Shown: positions 20,706 to 31,724, counted from the stretch's first letter. The stretch is DNA of 64,000 nucleotides from Eubacteriaceae bacterium (GCA_049366695.1 JBMNCR010000089.1:14358-78357), one strand, 5' to 3'. The notes: generated by a model from the letters alone, not told the origin. Program-made: numbers and translations.

Positions 20706-22718
20706 ATGACTAATTCATATGCATTGGCTGGTAATCCAAACTGCGGTAAAACAACAATATTTAATGAATTAACAGGGACTAGACAATACGTAGGTAATTG
20801 GACAGGAGTTACTGTGGAAAAAAGAGAAGGACAAATAAAGCATTCTGATATATATGTAGTTGATTTACCTGGTATTTATTCGCTTTCTTCTGGTACTATT
20901 GACGAAATCATAGCTAGAGATTATATTGTAAAATCTAAACCTGATGCTTTGTTAGATATTGTTGATGCATCTAATTTAGAAAGAAATCTATACTTAACTC
21001 TTCAACTACTTGAATTAGATATTCCAGTGGTAATTATTCTAAATATGATGGATGAAATAGAAAAAAGAGGAATTAAAATAGATGTAAAAAAATTGCAGGA
21101 TTTACTAGGAGTTAAATGCATTGCGACTTCAGTAAAAAATAGAAAAGTATTGAAAGAAATCACACAGTTGGATATGAAGAATTATAAAAAGAGAGATAAT
21201 TTTTATTATCTACCTAATAGTATTAAACAAGGCATTGATGATTTAGTGGAGATTATTATTAATGAAAAAAATAGTCAAGAGATAAATAGTTATGAATGGG
21301 TTGCACTTAAGTTGCTTGAAAATGATGTGAATACAGTGGAGAGTTTTATTAATAAAAATGATGAAATAAACAATAAAGCTAGGGAAATTAGAACTAACCT
21401 AGAAGAGGAATTCAATAAGGATATTGCTACTGTTGTAACATTAGCGAGATATGATTTTATTAATAAACTTATTAATGAGGTAGTGGATTATAATGACAAG
21501 GACATCAATGATAAGACGATATCAGATAAGATTGATTCTGTTCTTACTCATAAGATCCTTGGATTACCTATATTTTTTAGTATAATGTGGATGATATATT
21601 ATATTACTATTACTACAGTAGGAGATAGGACAATAAGCATTATGGAATGGCTTATTGGTGATGTTATTACTAATGCAATGATAGGTTTATTAGATTTTTT
21701 AAAGGTATCCACGTGGGTATATTCCCTTGTAATTGATGGGATTATCGGAGGTGTTGGTGCTGTACTAGTATTTGTACCACAAATTATGTTGCTTTTTTTC
21801 TTCATAGCTTTTCTTGAAGATAGTGGGTATATGACTAGAATTGCATTTGTAATGGATAAATTACTTAAAAGATTTGGATTGTCTGGTAAATCGTTTATTC
21901 CAATGATGGTTGGTTCGGGATGCTCCGTTCCAGGAATTATGGCTACGAGAACTTTGGAAAACGAAAGAGAAAGGAAACTTACAGTATTACTTACTCCATT
22001 TATATCTTGTGGTGCTAAAATGCCTGTGTATGTGATGTTTGCTTCAGCGTTCTTTGTTGAAAATGGACATTGGGTAGTATTTTCTCTTTATGCTTTAGGA
22101 ATAGTAGTTGCAATGCTATCAGGAATTATTTTATCGAAAACAAAGTATAAAGGGGAAACATCGGATTTTATAATGGAGATGCCTCCTTATAGAATTCCTA
22201 CTTTGAAAAGTTTGATTCTTAGAATGTGGGATAGAGGAAAAGAATTTATTAAAAAAGCAGGAACCATAATTTTTGCTGCTTCTGTATTACTCTGGTTTAT
22301 GCAATCATTTAATTTACAATTACAAATGGTTGAAGATGCTAAAGAAAGTATTCTGGCAGGCGTAGGTTCAATAGTAGCACCTATTTTTAAACCTTTAGGT
22401 TTTGGTGATTGGATTTCATCGGTAGCTTTTTTAACTGGTTTTGCAGCCAAAGAAGTATTAATAAGCACTTTAAGCGTATTACAAGGAGTTGAAGAGGGAG
22501 CGGGATTATTGACATCTATAAAAAGTTTGTATACTCCAATATCTGCTTATTCTTTTATGGTATTTATACTGTTATCATCACCCTGTGTAGCGGCGATAAG
22601 TGCTATGAAACAAGAATTGAATTCTTGGAAAGAAACTGGGTTTTCAATTGTATATCAAACAGGATTGGCTTGGGTAGTATCAATGCTAGTATTTCAGATT
22701 GGTAGTAGAATAATTTAA
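20706..22718 (+). CDS. feoB: Ferrous iron transport protein B
   Basis: G-domain GNPNCGKTT and DLPG motifs followed by a polytopic membrane domain; 670 aa. Confidence 0.95.
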   Translation: MTNSYALAGNPNCGKTTIFNELTGTRQYVGNWTGVTVEKREGQIKHSDIYVVDLPGIYSLSSGTIDEIIARDYIVKSKPDALLDIVDASNLERNLYLTLQLLELDIPVVIILNMMDEIEKRGIKIDVKKLQDLLGVKCIATSVKNRKVLKEITQLDMKNYKKRDNFYYLPNSIKQGIDDLVEIIINEKNSQEINSYEWVALKLLENDVNTVESFINKNDEINNKAREIRTNLEEEFNKDIATVVTLARYDFINKLINEVVDYNDKDINDKTISDKIDSVLTHKILGLPIFFSIMWMIYYITITTVGDRTISIMEWLIGDVITNAMIGLLDFLKVSTWVYSLVIDGIIGGVGAVLVFVPQIMLLFFFIAFLEDSGYMTRIAFVMDKLLKRFGLSGKSFIPMMVGSGCSVPGIMATRTLENERERKLTVLLTPFISCGAKMPVYVMFASAFFVENGHWVVFSLYALGIVVAMLSGIILSKTKYKGETSDFIMEMPPYRIPTLKSLILRMWDRGKEFIKKAGTIIFAASVLLWFMQSFNLQLQMVEDAKESILAGVGSIVAPIFKPLGFGDWISSVAFLTGFAAKEVLISTLSVLQGVEEGAGLLTSIKSLYTPISAYSFMVFILLSSPCVAAISAMKQELNSWKETGFSIVYQTGLAWVVSMLVFQIGSRII

Positions 22719-22732
22719 AAGAAGGTGAGTTA

Positions 22733-22870
22733 ATGGGAAATATAATCGTACTATTACCCATAATTATTTTTACAGTTTATGTAATATATAAAAATGTTAA
22801 ATCTACTAAAGAAGGAAAATGTAGTAATTGTGATGGATGCAAATCATCATGTGGAGACATAAAAAAATAA
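22733..22870 (+). CDS. FeoB-associated Cys-rich small membrane protein (absent from the ORF track)
   Basis: 45 aa: one TM helix, then CSNCDGCKSSCG. RBS GAAGGTGAG. It lies immediately after feoB and before a terminator. Confidence 0.7.
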   Translation: MGNIIVLLPIIIFTVYVIYKNVKSTKEGKCSNCDGCKSSCGDIKK

Positions 22871-22878
22871 AAATAAAT

Positions 22879-22915
22879 AATACTACCTCTTATATTCGGA
22901 GGTAGTATTATTTTA
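22879..22915. terminator. Bidirectional hairpin terminator
   Basis: AATACTACCTC / GAGGTAGTATT stem flanked by A-run and T-run, between convergent genes. Confidence 0.75.
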
Positions 22916-23170
22916 TGTAATTATATAGTTAATTCTTTTAAATAAATTTTTTGTTTTATATACTTTGTTCAAAAGTTCTTTGCCCAATTCTATTGCTTCA
23001 TCTTCAGATAAATTCAAACGTACGTCTCGTGATTCTAATAAATCAAAAGGAGAGTTTTTAATAAACTTTTTAAATGTGTAGCCACCAAAAATTTTTTTTT
23101 GTATCTGAACTTCAAATTCATTATTTGACAAAGTTATTGATTCATCTTTTTTATTTAGTATCATAAGCAT
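22913..23170 (-). CDS. Hypothetical small protein
   Basis: 85-aa ORF. No motif recognised. Confidence 0.4.
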   Translation of the reverse strand: MLMILNKKDESITLSNNEFEVQIQKKIFGGYTFKKFIKNSPFDLLESRDVRLNLSEDEAIELGKELLNKVYKTKNLFKRINYIIT

Positions 23171-23295
23171 TTACCTTCCTATCGAACTTTTTATCTAATA
23201 ATTTGTATGTTATTATATATATACCTTATTATACTTAAATAAACCTTAATTTGAATATTTTTTTTAATATTTTAATAAAAATTGGAGAAGAAATA

Positions 23296-25125
23296 ATGAT
23301 AGATAGCAATAAATTGAAAAGCTTACCTGATAAACCGGGCATTTATTTAATGAAAGACATTGATGGAAATATTATCTATGTAGGAAAAGCTATTAATTTG
23401 AAAAATAGAGTTAGACAATATTTTCGTGATTCTGAAAAAAGTACAATAAAAGTTGCAATAATGGTTGATAATATAGAAGATTTTGAAATAATAACAACTG
23501 ACACTGAAATGGAAGCTCTTATTTTAGAGTGTAACTTGATAAAGAAATATATGCCAAGATTTAATGTTATGTTAAAGGACGATAAAAGTTACCCATTTAT
23601 TAAAGTTACTATAAATGAAAAATATCCCAGAGTAATAATGACCAGAAAGATAAAAAAAGATGGTGCTAAATATTATGGCCCATTTACAAATGTATTGTCT
23701 GTTAAACAGACAATAGAACTTATCAATAAACTTTATCCAATAAAAATGTGTAATAGAAAATTTAATAATAAGAAAAAAGAAAGACCTTGTTTAAACTATC
23801 ATATCAATCAATGTTTAGGTGTATGTCAAGGGAATGTTCCTTTAGAAGAATATCAAGTATTTGTAAATGAGATTATTAATATATTAAATGGAAAATACGA
23901 AAATGTGCTTGAAAAATTAAAAATTGAGATGCAAGATGCATCAAAATATTTAGATTTTGAGAAAGCTGCAAAAATAAGAGATCAGATAAATGGTATCATC
24001 CATATAACAGAAAAACAAAAGATTATCACAAATTCCTTTGAAGATCAAGATGTTATAGGATTTAATATAGATGAGTCCATAATTTGCATACAAGTTTTTT
24101 TTATTAGAAAAGGAAAACTGCTTGGAAGAGAACACTTTATTTTTGAAGAAGTTCATGATGAAAAAGATGTATTAAATCAATTTGTGAAACAATTTTATAA
24201 TAATGCTTCATTTATACCAAAAGAGATATTATTACAAAGCGATATTGATGATTTATTCATTATTCAAGATTGGTTAAGTGATAAAAAAGGACGTAAAGTA
24301 ACTATTAGAATTCCGAAAAAGGGAAATAAAAAGAAACTGATAAATATGGTAGAAGATAATGCTAAAGTAACATTAAATGAACATAAAATCAAGATAGATA
24401 AAAATAAGAAAAAAATGGATGAGATTTATCAGTGGTTTAAAGAAAATATTGGTATAAAAGAATTTCCTTATAGAATAGAAGCTTTCGATATATCTAATAT
24501 AAAGGGAACTGATAATGTTGGAAGCATGGTGGTCTTTGAAAATATAAAAGCTAATAAGAAAGCCTATAGAAGATATAAAATAAAGAATATTACAGGACAA
24601 AATGATTATGGTAGCATGCAAGAGATAGTTTTCAGGAGAATTGAGAGAGGTTTAAAAGAATTAAAAGCAGGAGAGAAGGGTAGTTTCTTACCCCTTCCCA
24701 ACATTATTTTATTAGATGGTGGACTTGGACATGTTAACTCAATAAAAGAAATATTGAAGCTTTATCCACAGATTAATATTCCAATTTGTGGTCTAGTTAA
24801 AGATGAACATCATCGATTAAGAGAAATAATTTATGAAGGAGAGAACATAAAAATTCCACCTTCTACACAGATATATTATTTCTTAAATAATATATCTGAG
24901 GAAGTTCATAGATTTGCAATTGAATATCATAGGAAAGTTAGAAAAGATAATTTGATTCAATCAGAATTAAATAATATTGAAGGGGTTGGTGACGTTAAAA
25001 GAAATTTATTGCTAAAATACTTCAGAAATATTGATAATATAAAAAAAGCAACTGTTGAAGAGCTTTTGCAAGTAGAGGGTATAAATGATAAAATAGCTAA
25101 AAATATATGTGATTATTTTAGATAA
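23296..25125 (+). CDS. uvrC: Excinuclease ABC subunit C
   Basis: GIY-YIG motif (PGIYLMKD..IIYVGKAINLKNRVRQYF), a UVR domain and a C-terminal HhH region. ATG at 23296 behind GGAGAAG. Confidence 0.95.
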   Translation: MIDSNKLKSLPDKPGIYLMKDIDGNIIYVGKAINLKNRVRQYFRDSEKSTIKVAIMVDNIEDFEIITTDTEMEALILECNLIKKYMPRFNVMLKDDKSYPFIKVTINEKYPRVIMTRKIKKDGAKYYGPFTNVLSVKQTIELINKLYPIKMCNRKFNNKKKERPCLNYHINQCLGVCQGNVPLEEYQVFVNEIINILNGKYENVLEKLKIEMQDASKYLDFEKAAKIRDQINGIIHITEKQKIITNSFEDQDVIGFNIDESIICIQVFFIRKGKLLGREHFIFEEVHDEKDVLNQFVKQFYNNASFIPKEILLQSDIDDLFIIQDWLSDKKGRKVTIRIPKKGNKKKLINMVEDNAKVTLNEHKIKIDKNKKKMDEIYQWFKENIGIKEFPYRIEAFDISNIKGTDNVGSMVVFENIKANKKAYRRYKIKNITGQNDYGSMQEIVFRRIERGLKELKAGEKGSFLPLPNIILLDGGLGHVNSIKEILKLYPQINIPICGLVKDEHHRLREIIYEGENIKIPPSTQIYYFLNNISEEVHRFAIEYHRKVRKDNLIQSELNNIEGVGDVKRNLLLKYFRNIDNIKKATVEELLQVEGINDKIAKNICDYFR

Positions 25126-25159
25126 TAGGGGCTATTTAAATTACATATGGAGGCTAAAA

Positions 25160-25960
25160 ATGAAATATAAACTATTGGCAGTAGATATTGATGGAACATT
25201 ACTTAATAGTAAGGGGAAACTTACTAAAGAAACAAAAAAAATAATTATTAAGGCAATACAAAATAATGTTGTATTTGTTATAAGTACTGGAAGACCTATA
25301 CAAGGTGTAGAAAGTTTAATTGATGAAATAGGGTTTGATTTACCTTTCATTACATATAATGGGGCCATGGTAGTTAAAGGAAAAAGTCGAGAAGTTTTAT
25401 ATGAAAAGAATTTGTCTAGACAGGATGCGCAGGAAGTGTATAATTATGGTGAAAAATATAATACAACTATGATTATTTGGGCAAAGAATAAATTATATGT
25501 AAATGTGATAAATGAAAAATCTAGAGAATATAGTAAATTAGCTTCAACAGATTTAATAAAAATTAATAGACTTAAAGAGATAGAAGATGATATTACTAAA
25601 ATCTTATGGTATGATGATCATTCAATATTAGAGAACTATCAAAATGAATTAAAAGTTTTATTAAATAATAATATAAAAAATCATTTCTCGAGACCTTATT
25701 TTTTGGAATTTGTAGATTCTAATGCTACTAAGGCTATTGCTATTGAGAAATTATGTGATTATTTTTCAATTAGTATCAATGAAACGATAGCCATAGGGGA
25801 TGGATATAATGATTTATCTATGATAAAAGTAGCTGGTTTAGGAGTTGCAATGGAAAATGCTCCACAAGAAATAAAAGACGCTGCAAAATATATAACAACA
25901 TCATGTGATAAAGAAGGAGTAGCAAATGTAATAAAGAAATTTATTTTGGAGGATATGTAA
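25160..25960 (+). CDS. Cof-type HAD-IIB family hydrolase
   Basis: LLAVDIDGTLL motif I, ISTGRP motif II and GDGYNDLSM motif IV. Start moved to the ATG at 25160 behind GGAGG. Confidence 0.85.
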   Translation: MKYKLLAVDIDGTLLNSKGKLTKETKKIIIKAIQNNVVFVISTGRPIQGVESLIDEIGFDLPFITYNGAMVVKGKSREVLYEKNLSRQDAQEVYNYGEKYNTTMIIWAKNKLYVNVINEKSREYSKLASTDLIKINRLKEIEDDITKILWYDDHSILENYQNELKVLLNNNIKNHFSRPYFLEFVDSNATKAIAIEKLCDYFSISINETIAIGDGYNDLSMIKVAGLGVAMENAPQEIKDAAKYITTSCDKEGVANVIKKFILEDM

Positions 25961-26875
25961 ATGCAAATTAGTATTAAAGAATTTTGTACAGATTTAAATC
26001 TAGAAATACTGCATGATGGTGATGAAGAGCATATTAGTATTACAAATAGTAATATTAATAGACCAGGATTACAACTTTATGGTTTTTACGAACATTTTGA
26101 TTATGATAGAGTTCAAATAATTGGTAAAGTGGAATATAGTTATCTCGATCATCTTTCATTGGAAGATAAACATAAAAAAATAGATAAGTTTTTCACATAT
26201 TCTTTTCCTTGTTTAATTATTGCTTGGGGATTAGAAGTAGATGAATATATGTTGGAATTGGCAAAAAAACATAAAAAAATATTATTGAGAACCAAAAGAC
26301 AAACTTCTAAAATCATATATAAAACTATGAACTATTTAGATGAATACTTAGCACCTATTATATCAATTCATGGAGTTTTGGTAGAAGTTTTTGGTGTTGG
26401 GGTATTGATAACCGGAACTAGCGGAGTGGGAAAAAGTGAAACTGCTCTTGAATTAGTAAAAAGAGGGCATCGCTTAATATCTGATGATGTTGTAGAAATT
26501 AAAAGGATAAGCGATATTCATTTGATTGGTACAGCTCCAGAACTATTAAAACAATATATGGAAATAAGGGGTATAGGCATAATAGATGTAAGGACCCTTT
26601 ATGGAATAGGAGCTGTTAAAGAATCCGTGGAGCTAGATATGTGTATTAATCTAAAGAAATGGGTACCTGGAGAGTATTATGATAGACTCGGTCTAGAAAA
26701 TGAGTATATAGATATTTTAGAATTAAAAATTCCTAAAGTTAATATTCCAGTGTCTTCTGGAAGAAATCTAGCTATTATTATTGAAACAGCAGCAAAAAAT
26801 AATAGACAAAAAGTGATGGGTATCAATTCTGCAAAAGAATTTTGTGACAAAATTTATAAAGCGACAAATAATTAA
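25961..26875 (+). CDS. hprK: HPr kinase/phosphorylase
   Basis: Walker A GTSGVGKSETALELV, LISDDVVEI and the EIRGIGIIDV signature. Confidence 0.95.
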   Translation: MQISIKEFCTDLNLEILHDGDEEHISITNSNINRPGLQLYGFYEHFDYDRVQIIGKVEYSYLDHLSLEDKHKKIDKFFTYSFPCLIIAWGLEVDEYMLELAKKHKKILLRTKRQTSKIIYKTMNYLDEYLAPIISIHGVLVEVFGVGVLITGTSGVGKSETALELVKRGHRLISDDVVEIKRISDIHLIGTAPELLKQYMEIRGIGIIDVRTLYGIGAVKESVELDMCINLKKWVPGEYYDRLGLENEYIDILELKIPKVNIPVSSGRNLAIIIETAAKNNRQKVMGINSAKEFCDKIYKATNN

Positions 26876-26881
26876 ATTGGA

Positions 26882-27646
26882 GTGAGTATATTGGAAATAG
26901 TATTAGATACACATATTCATACTATTGCGTGCAATCATGCATATAGTACTATTAAGGAAATTGTAGATGAAGCAAAAAAAAAGGATTTAGAACTTGTGTG
27001 TATAACAGAACATGGGCCAAAAATGCCAGGAGGTCCACATAAGTATTTTTTTGCTAATATTAAAGTAATACCTCCGGAAATAGAAGGGGTAAAAGTATTA
27101 AAGGGAATAGAGTCAAATATACTTAGTGTTGACGGTGATATTGATTTGCCAAGTGAGTATGAAGACCGAATGGAAATAATACTAGCAGGTTTGCATAGTA
27201 TGTGTTTAAGTCCTGGTTCAAAAAAAGAAAATACGAGGGCAGTAATAAATACTATGAAGAAAGAAATTGTAGATATTATCGTTCATCTTGGAAATCCTGT
27301 ATATGAACTTGACTACGATGAAATAATAAAAGCTGCTATAGACACTAAAACTTTTATTGAAATAAATAATAGTTCTTTCGTGCACACTCGAAAAGGAAGT
27401 CATCCAAACTGTTTAAAAATTGCACAAAAATGTATGAAATTAAATGTGCCAGTTACATTAGGTAGTGATGCTCATTTTGCTTCTGATATAGGTGTATATA
27501 CAGAGGCATTAAAAATGCTTAAGAGTATAGATTTTCCTCAAGAATTAATAATTAATACTAAAGTCGATACGTTATTAAACTATTTAAAAGGCAAAGGCAG
27601 AAAAATCTTATTAGATCCAAGAAAAAATATAAAAGGAGAAGAATAA
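26882..27646 (+). CDS. PHP-domain phosphatase (YcdX-like)
   Basis: LDTHIHT, TEHGP and GSDAHF metal-ligand motifs of the PHP family. Confidence 0.75.
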   Translation: MSILEIVLDTHIHTIACNHAYSTIKEIVDEAKKKDLELVCITEHGPKMPGGPHKYFFANIKVIPPEIEGVKVLKGIESNILSVDGDIDLPSEYEDRMEIILAGLHSMCLSPGSKKENTRAVINTMKKEIVDIIVHLGNPVYELDYDEIIKAAIDTKTFIEINNSSFVHTRKGSHPNCLKIAQKCMKLNVPVTLGSDAHFASDIGVYTEALKMLKSIDFPQELIINTKVDTLLNYLKGKGRKILLDPRKNIKGEE

Positions 27647-27647
27647 A

Positions 27648-28172
27648 ATGAATAAAAACCCAAAAGTTACTATTAAATTGGAAAATGGAGAATTTATAGA
27701 GTTAGAGTTGTATCCTGATATTGCTCCTAATACTGTAAATAATTTTATTTCGTTAGCAAACAAGAAATTTTATGATGGTTTGGTATTTCATAGAATAATC
27801 AAAAGCTTTATGATTCAGGGAGGGTGTCCTAATGGGTCTGGTTCTGGAGGTCCAGGATATTCAATCAAAGGAGAATTTAGCCAAAACGGTTTTAAAAATG
27901 ATTTAAAACATTTAAAAGGAGTCATATCTATGGCAAGAACTATGGATCCAGATACAGCAGGGTCACAGTTCTTTATTATGCATGAAAATTCTCCTCATTT
28001 GGATGGACAATATGCGGCATTTGGTAAAGTGATACAAGGTATCGATGTAATAGATAAGATTGCTGAGTGTAAGACTAACTTTAATGACAAACCCAAAGAT
28101 GATATAATAATTGAAGAAGTAATTGTAGATACATTTGGGGTAGATTACCCTGAACCTAAAAAGATTAGCTAA
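27648..28172 (+). CDS. Cyclophilin-type peptidyl-prolyl cis-trans isomerase
   Basis: FHRIIKSFMIQGGCP and GSQFFI motifs. Confidence 0.9.
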   Translation: MNKNPKVTIKLENGEFIELELYPDIAPNTVNNFISLANKKFYDGLVFHRIIKSFMIQGGCPNGSGSGGPGYSIKGEFSQNGFKNDLKHLKGVISMARTMDPDTAGSQFFIMHENSPHLDGQYAAFGKVIQGIDVIDKIAECKTNFNDKPKDDIIIEEVIVDTFGVDYPEPKKIS

Positions 28173-28199
28173 ATTAGATTAATAATTAGGGGGATGTAT

Positions 28200-29072
28200 A
28201 TGAGTAGTATTAAAATAATAACTGATAGTGCAAGTGATTTACCAAAAGACATTATAGAAGAATATGACATAGATGTATTGCCTTTGTTAGTAATTGAGGG
28301 AGAGAAGGAATACAGAGATTATGAAACTCTTATGCCACAAGAACTTTTTAAAAAAATGAAAGAAGGAGTTTCCTTCACTACATCACAAGTAGCAACTAGT
28401 GATTATTATAGGAAATTTGAAAAATATATTATAGACGGTAGAGAGTGCATTTACATTGCGTTTTCATCCAATTTATCCGGTTGTTATCAGGGTTCATTAC
28501 TTGCACTAGAACAATTAAAAGAAAAATATTCTGATGATAAGGTGAAGATACATGTATATGATACTAAATGTGCTTCGCTAGGTTTTGGATTAGTGGTATT
28601 AAAAGCTGCAAAAATGGCTAAGGAAGAGAAAGAGTTAAAAGAAATATTAAAGGCTGTTGAGTTTTACTCGAAAAACATGGAACATATCTTTACAGTATTT
28701 GATCTGGATTATTTACATAGAGGGGGAAGGCTTAAAAAAAGTGCAGCAGTTATTGGAAATCTTCTAAATTTATATCCTATTTTAAATGTGGAAGATGGAA
28801 ATTTACATGTAATAGAAACCGTAAGAGGTAGAAAGAAACATTATAAGAAAATAATTAATTTTATTGAGAATAGAGGAATTGATCTAGAAAACCAAACAAT
28901 AGGTATTGTTTATGGAGATGATGCTGAAATTGTAGTAGAAATTAAAAATTTTTTTAAAGAGAAGTATAATACTGAAAACTTTATTACAAGAGAAGTTGGA
29001 TCTGTTATAGGAGCACATACAGGTCCTGAAATGTACTCAATATTTTTTTTAAAGGCTAAAGATCCATTTTAG
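28200..29072 (+). CDS. DegV family fatty-acid-binding protein
   Basis: IKIITDSASDLP N-terminus and DegV-typical length. The second ATG (28200) has the better RBS spacing. Confidence 0.85.
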   Translation: MSSIKIITDSASDLPKDIIEEYDIDVLPLLVIEGEKEYRDYETLMPQELFKKMKEGVSFTTSQVATSDYYRKFEKYIIDGRECIYIAFSSNLSGCYQGSLLALEQLKEKYSDDKVKIHVYDTKCASLGFGLVVLKAAKMAKEEKELKEILKAVEFYSKNMEHIFTVFDLDYLHRGGRLKKSAAVIGNLLNLYPILNVEDGNLHVIETVRGRKKHYKKIINFIENRGIDLENQTIGIVYGDDAEIVVEIKNFFKEKYNTENFITREVGSVIGAHTGPEMYSIFFLKAKDPF

Positions 29073-29155
29073 AAGAAGAAAAAGGAATGAATTTAGGTTT
29101 CAAGATGATATCATTATTAGCATATGATCATATATTAAGCTTATTAATCAAATAT

Positions 29156-29185
29156 AAAAAATTCTAGGTTATCCTAGAATTTTTT
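29156..29185. terminator. Bidirectional hairpin terminator
   Basis: AAAAATTCTAGG ttat CCTAGAATTTTT between the convergent degV and pgi genes. Confidence 0.8.
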
Positions 29186-29331
29186 ATTGAGAATGAAAGC
29201 TAACTTCACTAGTCTTTTCTACTGAAATTTTCACGAAAATATCCAGATAGATTTTTTTATTAGCAATCCAGTATGCCAACAAAAGCAACATAGTCACTTT
29301 TTTATTTTAAACTATTAATATTAAATAAGTA

Positions 29332-30675
29332 TTATTTTGGTCTCTTTAGAAGATTATTACTTATCTCTTCAAAACCTGGTTTCCCTAATAAACCAAACAT
29401 ATTTTTCTTATAGGATTCTACCCCTGGTTGGTTAAAAGGGTTTACTCCTAATAAATAACCACTTAATGCGCAGGACATTTCAAAAAAGTAAATTAATTTA
29501 CCAATAGAATAAGCACTAATACTGGGAAGATTAATAATTAAATTAGGAACATCTCCATCTATATGTGCATATAAAGTACCTAAAAGAGCTTGTTTATTTA
29601 CGTAATTCATTCCTTTCCCTTTAAGATAATTTAACCCATCTAAGTCATATTCATCATAAGGTATTGTTAAGTCTATATCCATGTTTTCAACATTTATTAT
29701 GGTTTCAAAAATATTTCGTTTACCTTCTTGAATAATTTGACCTAATGAATGTAAGTCGGTTGAAAAATTAACTGAAGCAGGGAAAATACCTTTTCCATCT
29801 TTTCCGTCACTCTCTCCAAATAATTGTTTCCACCATTCGGATAAATAATTCAATGATGGTTCGTAGTTTACAAGTATTTCAATATCTTTTGCCTTATTAT
29901 ATAATATATTTCTTACAGCAGCATATTGATAACAAGGGTTTTTGCTAATATCTTTTGAAGCATATTCTTTACAACCATCTTTGGCACCTAATATAAACTC
30001 GTCAATATTAATACCCGATACGGCAATAGGTAATAAACCGACTGGAGTGTGTACTGAATATCTTCCGCCGACATTATTTGGGATGACAAAACTAGTATAA
30101 CCTTGTTCATCAGCCATTTTTTTGAGAGCTCCTTTATTAGCATCGGTTGTTACGTATATTCTCTCAGCTGCTTTTTCTTTTCCATATTTTTTTTCAACAA
30201 TTTCTTTAAAAAATCTGAAAGCTATTGCAGGCTCAGTAGTTGTGCCAGATTTAGAAATGATATTAATACTTAATTCCTTATCTTTAGTAATATCTATCAG
30301 ATGTTTTAAATAAGTAGAACTGATATTTTGTCCTGCAAAATATATTTTAGGATATTGTCTACTTTTATTGTCTAATTCATTATAAAAAGTATGAGTAAGG
30401 GAGCTTATTACAGACTTAGAGCCAAGATAGGACCCTCCTATTCCTATAACTATAAGTATGTCAGAATCTTCTTGAATCTTTAGAGCAGCTTTCTTTACTT
30501 GTTCTAATAAAGTATTATTAATGCTATTTGGATAGTCTATCCAACCAGTATATTCATTTCCTATTCCTTTTCTATTATTTAATGTATCGTGGATAGAAAA
30601 AAGTTGTGGATATAGATTTGTAATTTCTTGTTCTTTAATAAAAGAATTTGAATAATCAAATAAAATTGACATCAA
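29332..30675 (-). CDS. pgi: Glucose-6-phosphate isomerase
   Basis: IGIGGSYLGS and ISKSGTTTEP motifs; 447 aa, the Firmicute-type PGI length. Confidence 0.95.
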   Translation of the reverse strand: MMSILFDYSNSFIKEQEITNLYPQLFSIHDTLNNRKGIGNEYTGWIDYPNSINNTLLEQVKKAALKIQEDSDILIVIGIGGSYLGSKSVISSLTHTFYNELDNKSRQYPKIYFAGQNISSTYLKHLIDITKDKELSINIISKSGTTTEPAIAFRFFKEIVEKKYGKEKAAERIYVTTDANKGALKKMADEQGYTSFVIPNNVGGRYSVHTPVGLLPIAVSGINIDEFILGAKDGCKEYASKDISKNPCYQYAAVRNILYNKAKDIEILVNYEPSLNYLSEWWKQLFGESDGKDGKGIFPASVNFSTDLHSLGQIIQEGKRNIFETIINVENMDIDLTIPYDEYDLDGLNYLKGKGMNYVNKQALLGTLYAHIDGDVPNLIINLPSISAYSIGKLIYFFEMSCALSGYLLGVNPFNQPGVESYKKNMFGLLGKPGFEEISNNLLKRPK

Positions 30676-30804
30676 TTTCCTCCTTTGCTACTATTATTTA
30701 TTTATAATACCCTTATTATAACAAAATAATAGTATTATTAAAGTATAATCTCTTTATATAAGAATCATAATATGATAATATTACACTATGCAAGGAGGGT
30801 AAAT

Positions 30805-31641
30805 ATGAATTATAATATTGTAGTAGGAAGTAGCTGTGATTTTGATGAGAATTATGGTCAAGAAATAAATTATTCAAAAGTACCATTTACTATAACTATT
30901 GATGATGAAAACCTAGTTGACGATGAAACACTTACTGGAAAAACATTAGTTGCTAAGATGAAGGATTCTATAAATGCTATAAAAACAGCGTGTCCCTCTC
31001 CAAATGATTTTTTGCAAAAATATAAAGAAGCAGAGAATATTTTTGTAGTAACTATTTCTTCAAAATTAAGTGGTACATATAATAGTGCAGTAACTGCTAA
31101 GAATATGTATCTAGAACAATTTGAAGATAAAGTTATTCATGTTTTTGATTCTTTAAGTGCTGCTATAGGGGAAACAATGATAGTTATTAAAATAAAGGAA
31201 TTAATTGATGATAATAATTCAGTTAAAGAAATTGTGGAACATGTAGATAATTATATAAATGAATTAAAGACTATTTTCGTATTAGAAAATCTAGATAATC
31301 TTATAAAGAATGGAAGAATGAATAGACTAAAAGGAAAATTTGCTCAGTTTCTTCATATAAAACCAATATTATCTGATGATGGTAGTGGTGAAATAAAGAT
31401 GTTAGATAAATCTAGAGGGACAAAAAGTGCGCTAAAAAAACTTGTTGACAATATTGAGATTCAAGGAGTAGTACACGAAAACAAAAAAATTGGTATTGTG
31501 CACTGCAATGCCCCTGAAAAAGCAAAATACGTAAAAAAATTGATAGAAGAAAGATATGTTTTTAAAGAAATTATTATTGCTGAAGCAAATGGGCTAAGCG
31601 CAGTATATGCTGATGATGGTGGGATAATTGTAGCTTATTAA
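30805..31641 (+). CDS. DegV family protein (second paralog)
   Basis: DegV-like layout. ATG at 30805 behind AAGGAGGG. Confidence 0.8.
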   Translation: MNYNIVVGSSCDFDENYGQEINYSKVPFTITIDDENLVDDETLTGKTLVAKMKDSINAIKTACPSPNDFLQKYKEAENIFVVTISSKLSGTYNSAVTAKNMYLEQFEDKVIHVFDSLSAAIGETMIVIKIKELIDDNNSVKEIVEHVDNYINELKTIFVLENLDNLIKNGRMNRLKGKFAQFLHIKPILSDDGSGEIKMLDKSRGTKSALKKLVDNIEIQGVVHENKKIGIVHCNAPEKAKYVKKLIEERYVFKEIIIAEANGLSAVYADDGGIIVAY

Positions 31642-31696
31642 TACAAATATAATTGTTTTAGTTATAAAGAAACATTAAAAATTATAAGTAAAATTG

Positions 31697-31724
31697 AAAC
31701 TTCTAGAATACTAGAAGTTTTTTA
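31697..31724 (+). terminator. Rho-independent terminator
   Basis: AAACTTCTAG aata CTAGAAGTTT followed by TTTT. Confidence 0.8.
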
